A DNA stretch of 64,000 nucleotides from Bacteroidales bacterium (GTDB lineage: Bacteria; Bacteroidota; Bacteroidia; Bacteroidales; UBA932), in assembly GCA_016285175.1 (NCBI GenBank), contig JAEEQF010000001.1:32099-96098 (forward strand). Direction: 5' to 3'. The position numbers and the translations under genes were made by a program. Positions 19,162-27,086 of this stretch are shown here, piece after piece. Each line of letters starts with the position of its first letter. The stretch's first letter is position 1. The notes beneath the pieces were generated by a model that made no database searches, was not told where the DNA came from, and saw only the letters and a program-made list of their open reading frames with translations.

Positions 19162-22100
19162 ATGAAGGGAAACAATAGGATATCGATGCTGCTGCTTGCC
19201 GCCTGCCTCCTGCTGGGGCCGGCCTTCCGGACCCATGCCCAGGAAGATACCCTCCGGGTAAAGGAAGAACCCGGCATCTTTGACATGAAGATGCAGCACA
19301 GATACACTCCCTCGCACCAGCCCTTCCAGGAGCCTGGCAGGAACGCCTTCCTCCGGATACTGGAGAACAGCAGCATTTCCCTTTCCGGCAGTTACCACCG
19401 CTGGCTGGACCCGGATCTCAGTTCCGGTCCGTCCCTCACGCTTTCCCTGGGAAAATGGGTCTCGCCCACCCACGGCTTCCGGATCGAGGCCGGCACCGGT
19501 TATTTCTTCAACAACGAAAACCGCAGCCGGGTGAAAATGCTCCCGGACATCCGGGTATCCCATCTCTTCAATTTATCGGCCTATCTGGATGGTTACAACC
19601 CCCTGAGGCTGGGAGACCTCTATACCATAGCCGGCGCAGGATACACCTGGCAGTACCATGGCCGGGAAACCGGCAGCTGGACCGCCCAGCTGGGCCTGGG
19701 GTACAGCATGCACATCCTCCGGGGCACCGACCTCTTTGTGGAGCCGGTATGGGAGCTGAACGGCAACGGCTTCGTGCAGCAGCAAGACGGCAACTGGCGC
19801 GGCTATTATGGCGGTTTCCGTGGAAACGTGGGCATCAGCTACCGGATAGACCGCTGGAATCCCCTGCTTGCACCCAAGAGGGAACACCGCTGGTTCCTGA
19901 TGGCCACCGGCGGCCCCGCCTGGCTGGTCTATTCCCCTTCGTCCACGCAGAAGGCTGGTTATCAGGTAACCCTGGGCGCCGGAGAGCGGCTCACCAGAGC
20001 CGTGAGCGTGCGCCTCACCGGGTCCTGGACACAGGCTTTCCTGCCTTCCGATTCCCAGGAACAGGCCCATTACGGAGCCCTCCGCCTGGAAGGCATGCTG
20101 GACCTGTTGGGACTGGGACGGCAGGACGAACGGCCCCTGAGCCTTTCCGTCATGGCCGGCCCGGAAGTAGGCTTCATGGACAGGGCCCAGGCCGATAAGA
20201 ATATTTATGGCCGTATCGGCCGGCTGGGCAGCCAGTTCTACTATGTGGGAGCAACAGCCGGCGTTCAGCTTAACACCCGGATATTCAAGCGCTTCCACGC
20301 TTTCCTGGAGCCCCGTGCCTCCCTGGTTCCCTATACGGTCCTCAATGCGGCCGACAACAAGGTGGAGAATACGCTGGACGTTCTTGTGAGCGCCAACCTG
20401 GGCCTCCAGTATGCCATCCCCACCGTGGAAGACAGAAGAGCCGCCTGGGAGAGGACCAAACAGTGGTCCCGGGACAGTTGGAACAAGACCGTGGAGTGGG
20501 ACCGCCGCACCTGGGATAACCTTAACGAACGCTGGGACAGGACCCGGGAAAAAATGCGGCGTACCGGTCAGCGGATGAACCTCTTCGCCTCGCTGGAAGG
20601 CAGTTACTTCCGTCCGCTGGGACGGGACTTCGCCAACGGTCCCATGGCTTCCCTGTCGCTGGGCACCTGGTTCCATCCGCAGCACGGCGCCATGATCAAT
20701 ACGGGCCTGGGCTACTTCCAGGACCTGCAGTACGGGAACGGCTATGTGAAAACCATGGAGTTCTCGGCCTCCTATCTCTTCAACCTGACTAATTTCGCCA
20801 AGGGATGGGATCCGGACCGCCAGGTGAGCCTGTCGCTGCTTGCCGGTGCCGGATATATGATGCCGCTGAGGGAGAAATGGACCGGATCGGCCATCTTCCG
20901 TACCGGACTGGACCTGCGCATGCACGTACTGCCCCGGACCGATATGGTCGTCCGTCCGGAAATGGATTTCCTCAAGGCTCCGTCGGATGTATGGTCTCCC
21001 GCCCTGCGCGGCACCTTCGGCCTCAGCTACAGCATGGGTGGCGCACCTGTGGCCAACTTCTCCGACAAAGGCAGGGAGTGGTATGTACTGGCGGGCGCCG
21101 GCTTCCAGAACGAAATCCTGCGCCTGGCGAGCCAGAAATATGAAGAGGATCCGTACAGTGAATACCGTATCAATGTGGGCGTAGGCCGAAAATACTCGGC
21201 CCGCATGGACTGGCGGCTTTCCGTATCCTACCTGAGCGAACTCCACAACTACCGGAGCAGCACCTTCGCCCACCGGCTCCGCTTCGCATCCGTGAACATC
21301 GACGCCCTCTATAACCTGGTGGGCGACGAGCTGGTGGACCGGAGATGGTCCCTGTCGCTGGTAGGCGGTCCGGAAATCGGCCTGCAGCATAAGAGCAACG
21401 AGGGCGAGGACATCAAGGGCAGCGGACTCATCTTCCAGCGCAGCACCATATCGGCCTACCTGGGTGTATCGGCCGGTGTCCAGATGAAATACCGCTTCAC
21501 GGACGGATTATCCATCTTCCTGGAGCCCAAATATACGCTGGCACCTTACGTGGCCAGGACCACCACGGGAGACGAAAACTACTATTCCCACGTCTACGGA
21601 ACCAATTTCGGCCTGGAATACGCCTTCGGCCGCAACCGCTATCTCACTCCGGGCATCGGGGAAAAGGAGGCGCGTGAGCGGAAGGAAAGGGCCATCCCCT
21701 ATTTCTTCATCCAGACCACCGGAACCATCATCCGTCCCTTCGGCGCGGGCTACGGCCAGGGTCCGCTCGTGAATGTGGCCCTGGGATACTGGTTCCGCGG
21801 CGCCAGCGGCGTGATGCTGGACTATGGCCTGGGTTACTTCCGGGACAATCAGCTCACCGTGGGGGCCGATGGACGCGAGTACCGTCCCCAGCACATGGCC
21901 ACCATGAGCTACCGGGCCTCCTACCTGCTGAGCCTGTCCCGCCTGGCCACCCGGAATGCCGTGGCCGGCCTCCCCGTGGAGGCGGCCCTGATGGCCGGCG
22001 TGGGCTACATGCTCCCCGAATTCAAGCAGAAGGAAACCGGAACCCTCTCCGCACATGCCGGCTTTGACTTCCGGATCCACGTGCTCCCGGGAACCGACCT

Positions 22101-22830
22101 GGTGGTGGAGCCGCAGCTGGAACTGTTCAAAGACCCGCACGCCATGGTGGACGGCACCCGGAAAGGCCTTGCCGGCGCTTTCAGGGGAACCTTCGGCGCC
22201 AGCTATAACCTGTCCAGGCGTGGCATCTTCCCCGCACAGGATCCCGGAAAGGACTGGTTCATAAATGTTTCGGCCGGTTACCAGAACGAGTCCGGCCGCC
22301 TCTCCGGTCCGGATGCGGAGGATGTCTACCACAACGAATACCGGATTTACCTGGGCTTCGGACGGCGCTATTCCAACGCCTTCAGCCTCCGCCTGGGCGG
22401 CTCCTATTCGGAGATTACCCCGCAGGAGGGCTCGTTCCTGCACAGCCTGCGCTACACCTCCGCCAACCTGGACTTCATCTACGACCTGATGGCCAACGAA
22501 GCGGGTGACAACCGGGTATCCCTGGGCCTGCTCGCCGGTCCCGAAGTGGGCTTTGCCAACAAGAGCCACGGAAAGGCCGGCCAGGAGAATCCCATGACCC
22601 TCCCGCTCAAGATTATGGGCCGGAGGAACCACGGTGTAACGGCCTATGTGGGCCTTTCCGCAGGCCTGCAGTTGAAGGTGAAGGTTGTGGACGGCCTGTC
22701 CCTGTACCTGGAGCAGCGCTACTCCATGGTCCCGTATGTGTCCCTCTACAGCAGCACCGACCACCGGAACATGACCACGCATCTGTGGAATGCCAGCTTC
22801 GGCGTCCAGTATTCTTTCGGCCAGAAATAA
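19162..22830 (+). CDS. 1222-aa outer-membrane protein made of three tandem ~350-375-aa beta-barrel-like modules
   Basis: Signal peptide (LLGPAFRTHAQE). Three colinear modules at about aa 66-420, 473-823 and 847-1222. Each splits into two ~175-aa halves and ends in an aromatic-x-aromatic motif (LQYAIP, LEYAFG, VQYSFGQK). Confidence 0.7.
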   Translation: MKGNNRISMLLLAACLLLGPAFRTHAQEDTLRVKEEPGIFDMKMQHRYTPSHQPFQEPGRNAFLRILENSSISLSGSYHRWLDPDLSSGPSLTLSLGKWVSPTHGFRIEAGTGYFFNNENRSRVKMLPDIRVSHLFNLSAYLDGYNPLRLGDLYTIAGAGYTWQYHGRETGSWTAQLGLGYSMHILRGTDLFVEPVWELNGNGFVQQQDGNWRGYYGGFRGNVGISYRIDRWNPLLAPKREHRWFLMATGGPAWLVYSPSSTQKAGYQVTLGAGERLTRAVSVRLTGSWTQAFLPSDSQEQAHYGALRLEGMLDLLGLGRQDERPLSLSVMAGPEVGFMDRAQADKNIYGRIGRLGSQFYYVGATAGVQLNTRIFKRFHAFLEPRASLVPYTVLNAADNKVENTLDVLVSANLGLQYAIPTVEDRRAAWERTKQWSRDSWNKTVEWDRRTWDNLNERWDRTREKMRRTGQRMNLFASLEGSYFRPLGRDFANGPMASLSLGTWFHPQHGAMINTGLGYFQDLQYGNGYVKTMEFSASYLFNLTNFAKGWDPDRQVSLSLLAGAGYMMPLREKWTGSAIFRTGLDLRMHVLPRTDMVVRPEMDFLKAPSDVWSPALRGTFGLSYSMGGAPVANFSDKGREWYVLAGAGFQNEILRLASQKYEEDPYSEYRINVGVGRKYSARMDWRLSVSYLSELHNYRSSTFAHRLRFASVNIDALYNLVGDELVDRRWSLSLVGGPEIGLQHKSNEGEDIKGSGLIFQRSTISAYLGVSAGVQMKYRFTDGLSIFLEPKYTLAPYVARTTTGDENYYSHVYGTNFGLEYAFGRNRYLTPGIGEKEARERKERAIPYFFIQTTGTIIRPFGAGYGQGPLVNVALGYWFRGASGVMLDYGLGYFRDNQLTVGADGREYRPQHMATMSYRASYLLSLSRLATRNAVAGLPVEAALMAGVGYMLPEFKQKETGTLSAHAGFDFRIHVLPGTDLVVEPQLELFKDPHAMVDGTRKGLAGAFRGTFGASYNLSRRGIFPAQDPGKDWFINVSAGYQNESGRLSGPDAEDVYHNEYRIYLGFGRRYSNAFSLRLGGSYSEITPQEGSFLHSLRYTSANLDFIYDLMANEAGDNRVSLGLLAGPEVGFANKSHGKAGQENPMTLPLKIMGRRNHGVTAYVGLSAGLQLKVKVVDGLSLYLEQRYSMVPYVSLYSSTDHRNMTTHLWNASFGVQYSFGQK

Positions 22831-22929
22831 AAAAGCGCCAAAATTCTTACACTTTTTAGGGAAACAGGTGGTTTTCCAAATAATTATGTGTAACTTGGTG
22901 CCCCGAAACTAACAACCTATTAAACAATA

Positions 22930-24834
22930 ATGAAAATCAACTCAGCCGATGCTCTTGAAAGCATCAGACGGGAGGCCGCCCTGGCCCTGGCCGTCAGGGA
23001 GGAGAGCAACCTGGCCGTGAGCGAGCAGTCCTGCGGTCTGGAAAAAGGAACGCCGCATATGCAGATCCTCTGCTGCGGCGGTACGGGTTGCAAAGCCTCC
23101 GAAAGCGCAAAGATCGTTGAGAACTTCCGCTCCAGCCTCGCCGCGCACGGCATTGCCGACAAGGTGGAAGTGCTGGTTCCCGGTTGCTTCGGCTTCTGCG
23201 AAAAAGGTCCCATCGTAAAGATCATTCCGGACAATACCTTCTACACTTCCGTCCATCCGGAAGACGTGGAAGAGATTGTCACCTCCCACATCATCGGCGG
23301 GAACAGGGTGGAGCGGCTCCTTTACCTGGACCCCGGAAGCGGAAAGCACATCAGCGACTCCAAGCACATGAATTTCTACCGCAAGCAGCTGCGGATCGCC
23401 CTCAGGAACTGCGGTTTCATCGATCCGGAGAACATCCTGGAATACATTGCACGGGACGGCTACAAGGCCCTCTCCGACAGCCTGAACCGGGACAGCCTGG
23501 ACGTGCTGGCCGATATCAAGGCCTCCGGCCTCCGCGGCCGCGGCGGCGCCGGCTTCCCCACAGGCGTGAAGTGGGAGATCGCCCGCAAATTCGACGCCCC
23601 CCACAAGTATGTGGTGTGCAATGCCGATGAAGGGGACCCGGGCGCCTTCATGGACCGTTCCATCATGGAGGGAGACCCCAACTCCGTGATTGAAGCCATG
23701 ATGATCTGCGGTTACTGCATCAACGCCAACCATGGCCTTATCTATATCCGTGCGGAATATCCGCTGGCGGTGCACCGTCTGCAGGTGGCCATCTCCCAGG
23801 CCCGCGAATACGGCCTGCTGGGAGACCATATCCTGGGTACGGACTTCTGCTTCGACATTGAAATCCGTTACGGCGCGGGCGCCTTCGTCTGCGGCGAGGA
23901 AACCGCCCTCATCCATTCCATGGAAGGAAAGCGCGGCGAACCCACCCTCAAGCCCCCGTTCCCGGCCGAGGCGGGTTATTTCGGCTATCCCACCAACGTG
24001 AACAACGTGGAGACCCTGGCCAACGTACCCGTCATCCTCACCAAGGGTCCCCAGTGGTTCTCTTCCATCGGCACGGAGAAATCCAAGGGCACCAAGGTAT
24101 TCGCCCTGGCCGGCAAGATCAATAACGTGGGCCTCATCGAAGTGCCCATGGGTACCACCCTCCGCGAAATCATCTACGATATCGGCGGCGGCGTAAAGGG
24201 CGGAAAGAAGTTCAAGGCCGTGCAGACCGGCGGTCCCTCCGGCGGCTGCCTCACGGAAAAGCACCTGGACATCCCCATCGACTATGAGAGCCTGGCGGCT
24301 GCCGGTTCCATGATGGGCTCCGGCGGTATGATCGTGATGGACGAGGACGACTGCATGGTGTCCGTGGCCAAATTCTTCCTGGAATTCACCGTGGGCGAAT
24401 CCTGCGGCAAGTGCACGCCCTGCCGTATCGGCAACAAGCGGATGCTGGAAATCCTCACCCGCATCACGGAAGGCCGCGGCAAGATGGAAGACATCGACAC
24501 GCTGGAAAACCTGGCCAAGGTGATCAAGGACACGGCCCTGTGCGGTCTGGGACAGACCTCCCCCAACCCGGTCCTTTCCACCATAGCCAACTTCCGCGAC
24601 GAATACGAGGAGCACGTGAAGGACCATATTTGCCGGGCCCGCAAGTGCAAGGCCCTGCTCACCTACAGCATCGACCCGGTGCTGTGCAAAGGCTGCAGCG
24701 CCTGCGCCCGCGGCTGCCCCGCCGAAGCCATCGCAGGCGAAGTCCGGAAACCCTTCGTCATCAATCCCGAAAAGTGCATCCGCTGCGGCATGTGCCTGAG
24801 CCGGTGCAAGTTTGGAGCTATCCGCGTAATCTAA
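22930..24834 (+). CDS. hydB: [FeFe] hydrogenase NADH/FMN-binding subunit (NuoF-like, HydB)
   Basis: 634 aa. N-terminal thioredoxin-like 2Fe-2S region (CCGGTGC...GCFGFCEKGP), GRGGAGFPTGVKW, ESCGKCTPCR, and a C-terminal 2x[4Fe-4S] region (CKGCSACARGCP, CIRCGMCLSRC). Confidence 0.85.
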   Translation: MKINSADALESIRREAALALAVREESNLAVSEQSCGLEKGTPHMQILCCGGTGCKASESAKIVENFRSSLAAHGIADKVEVLVPGCFGFCEKGPIVKIIPDNTFYTSVHPEDVEEIVTSHIIGGNRVERLLYLDPGSGKHISDSKHMNFYRKQLRIALRNCGFIDPENILEYIARDGYKALSDSLNRDSLDVLADIKASGLRGRGGAGFPTGVKWEIARKFDAPHKYVVCNADEGDPGAFMDRSIMEGDPNSVIEAMMICGYCINANHGLIYIRAEYPLAVHRLQVAISQAREYGLLGDHILGTDFCFDIEIRYGAGAFVCGEETALIHSMEGKRGEPTLKPPFPAEAGYFGYPTNVNNVETLANVPVILTKGPQWFSSIGTEKSKGTKVFALAGKINNVGLIEVPMGTTLREIIYDIGGGVKGGKKFKAVQTGGPSGGCLTEKHLDIPIDYESLAAAGSMMGSGGMIVMDEDDCMVSVAKFFLEFTVGESCGKCTPCRIGNKRMLEILTRITEGRGKMEDIDTLENLAKVIKDTALCGLGQTSPNPVLSTIANFRDEYEEHVKDHICRARKCKALLTYSIDPVLCKGCSACARGCPAEAIAGEVRKPFVINPEKCIRCGMCLSRCKFGAIRVI

Positions 24835-24843
24835 GAGTGCCCT

Positions 24844-26604
24844 ATGGAAAACATGATTAACCTTACCATCGACAACCGTCCCGTGTGTGTTCCCAAAGGA
24901 ACCACCATCCTGGATGCGGCCGCTTCCGTGGGAATCGACATTCCCGCCCTGTGCCATCTGGACCTCAAGGGCACCTGCGTAAAGAACACCCCCGCTTCCT
25001 GCCGCATCTGCGTGGTGGAAGTTCAGGGCCGCCGCAACCTGGCCCCTTCCTGCGCCACACAGGTAATGGAAGGCATGGTTGTGAACACCAATTCGGCCCG
25101 TGTGATCCGCGCCCGGAAGACCGTGGCGGAGCTCATCCTGTCCGACCATCCCAACGACTGCCTCACCTGCCCCAAGTGCAACCACTGCGAACTGCAGAAA
25201 CTGGTGACCCGTTTCAACATCCGTGAGATGACCTACAAGGGCGAACAGTCCACCCGCAAGAAGGAACAGACCCTGGCCATCACCCGCAACATGGACAAGT
25301 GCATCCTCTGCCGCCGCTGCGAAAGCGTTTGCAACAATGTCCAGAGCGTGGGCGTGCTGGGTGCCGTCCGGCGCGGTTTCGACACCACCATCGCCCCCAC
25401 CTTCGACCGCATGTTCTCGGAGACGGACTGCACCTACTGCGGCCAGTGCGTGGCCGTATGCCCCACCGGCGCCCTCACCGAGCGGGACAATACGGACCGC
25501 CTGCTGGAAGACATCTGCAACCCCGACAAGGTGGTGATCGCCCAGCCGGCTCCCGCCGTGCGCGTGGCCCTGGGAGAGGAATTCGGCTATGAGCCCGGCA
25601 CCATCGTGACCGGAAAACTGGCCACCTCCCTCCGCCGCCTGGGTTTTGACTATGTCTTTGACACGGACTTTGCGGCCGACCTTACCATCATGGAGGAAGG
25701 TTCGGAAATCCTTCACCGGCTCAAAGCCTTCCTGGGCGGAGACAAGAGCGTGAAACTGCCCATCATGACCTCCTGCTGCCCGGCCTGGGTGAACTTCTAC
25801 GAGCACAACTTCCCGGACCTGCTGGAGTATCCTTCATCGGCCAAATCCCCCGCCCAGATGTTCGGCGCCATCGCCAAGACCTACTGGGCCCAGAAGATGG
25901 GCATCCCGCGGGAGAAGCTGGTGGTCGTCTCCATCATGCCCTGCCTGGCCAAGAAGTTCGAATGCGAACGCGAAGAATTCAAGGTGGACGGCAATCCGGA
26001 CGTGGACTACAGCATCTCCACCCGTGAACTGGCCCGCCTGATCAAGCGCTCCAACATAGATTTCCGCACCCTGGAAGACTCCGACTTTGACAAACCCCTG
26101 GGAGAGAGTTCCGGTGCGGCCGTGATCTTCGGCGCCACCGGCGGCGTAATGGAAGCGGCCCTGCGTACCGCCTACGAATTATACACCGGAAAGACCCTTC
26201 CCCGCATCGAATTCCACGAAGTCCGCGGTCTGGAAGGCATCAAGGAAGCCACCATCGACCTGGACGGATTCCCGCTGAAGGTGTGCGTGGCCCATACCCT
26301 GGGCAACGCCCGGTACCTGATGGACAAGCTCCGTGCAGGAGAACTGGATTACCATGTGGTGGAAGTGATGGCCTGCCCCGGCGGCTGCATCGACGGCGCC
26401 GGACAGCCCTACCACCACGGGGATGTGGAAATTATCAAGGCGCGCGCAAAGGCCATCTATGCCGAAGATGCCGGAAAGCCCATCCGCAAGAGCCACGAGA
26501 ACCCCGATATCCAGAAACTGTACAGGGAATTCCTGGGCGAGCCGCTGAGCGAGCGCGCACATCACCTCCTCCACACCTGTTATTCCGATAAAACCATCAA
26601 GTAG
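24844..26604 (+). CDS. hydA: [FeFe] hydrogenase catalytic subunit (HydA, M3-type architecture)
   Basis: 586 aa. H-cluster motifs TSCCPAW, MPCLAKKFE and EVMACPGGCIDGAGQP. The N-terminus has a 2Fe-2S domain and ferredoxin-like Cys clusters. Confidence 0.92.
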   Translation: MENMINLTIDNRPVCVPKGTTILDAAASVGIDIPALCHLDLKGTCVKNTPASCRICVVEVQGRRNLAPSCATQVMEGMVVNTNSARVIRARKTVAELILSDHPNDCLTCPKCNHCELQKLVTRFNIREMTYKGEQSTRKKEQTLAITRNMDKCILCRRCESVCNNVQSVGVLGAVRRGFDTTIAPTFDRMFSETDCTYCGQCVAVCPTGALTERDNTDRLLEDICNPDKVVIAQPAPAVRVALGEEFGYEPGTIVTGKLATSLRRLGFDYVFDTDFAADLTIMEEGSEILHRLKAFLGGDKSVKLPIMTSCCPAWVNFYEHNFPDLLEYPSSAKSPAQMFGAIAKTYWAQKMGIPREKLVVVSIMPCLAKKFECEREEFKVDGNPDVDYSISTRELARLIKRSNIDFRTLEDSDFDKPLGESSGAAVIFGATGGVMEAALRTAYELYTGKTLPRIEFHEVRGLEGIKEATIDLDGFPLKVCVAHTLGNARYLMDKLRAGELDYHVVEVMACPGGCIDGAGQPYHHGDVEIIKARAKAIYAEDAGKPIRKSHENPDIQKLYREFLGEPLSERAHHLLHTCYSDKTIK

Positions 26605-26606
26605 CC

Positions 26607-27086
26607 ATGAGTGAGATTAAAGTATCCTGCGAGGCGCTCCGCCAGGTGGAGGAGATCTGCCGCAAATTCCATAACGACCCCGGTGAACTCATTACCATCC
26701 TGCACGAAACCCAGAACACCCTGGGCTATCTGCCGGAGCCGGTACAGCGGGTGATTGCCCGCGAACTGGGCATATCGGCCCAGAAGGTCTATGGCGTAGT
26801 TACCTTCTACTCCTTCTTCTCCATGGTTCCCAAGGGCAAGTATCCGGTGTCCGTATGCCTGGGCACGGCCTGCTATGTCCGCGGTTCGGACAAGGTGCTG
26901 GAAGAATTCAAGCGCGTGCTGGGCATCGAGGTGGGCGAGACCACCCCGGACGGCAAGTTCTCCCTGGACTGCCTTCGCTGCGTGGGTGCCTGCGGCCTGG
27001 CGCCGGTGGCCACCATCGGCGAGAAAGTCTATGGCCGATTGAATCCCTCCGACATCAAGAAGATTGTTGCCGAGTTCGAGGATTAA
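26607..27086 (+). CDS. hydC: [FeFe] hydrogenase 2Fe-2S subunit (NuoE-like, HydC)
   Basis: 159 aa. CLGTACYVRG...CLRCVGACGLAPV is the thioredoxin-like 2Fe-2S pattern of NuoE/HydC. Confidence 0.85.
   Translation: MSEIKVSCEALRQVEEICRKFHNDPGELITILHETQNTLGYLPEPVQRVIARELGISAQKVYGVVTFYSFFSMVPKGKYPVSVCLGTACYVRGSDKVLEEFKRVLGIEVGETTPDGKFSLDCLRCVGACGLAPVATIGEKVYGRLNPSDIKKIVAEFED

Noticed and set aside
16659-19376. 905-aa minus-strand ORF covering the whole 819-aa gene; likewise 19573-21390 (605 aa) and 21508-22782 (424 aa) opposite the 1222-aa gene
   Set aside because: These are antisense shadow ORFs of GC3-rich genes. Their composition is dominated by G/A/V/H/P/R with almost no K/N. They have no signal or motif content and no promoter context. 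The plus-strand ORFs have signal peptides, family motifs and operon spacing.
22942-25806. 954-aa minus-strand ORF opposite hydB/hydA
   Set aside because: The plus-strand genes carry complete, diagnostic hydrogenase motifs. The antisense ORF spans two genes and their intergenic gap and has shadow-ORF composition.
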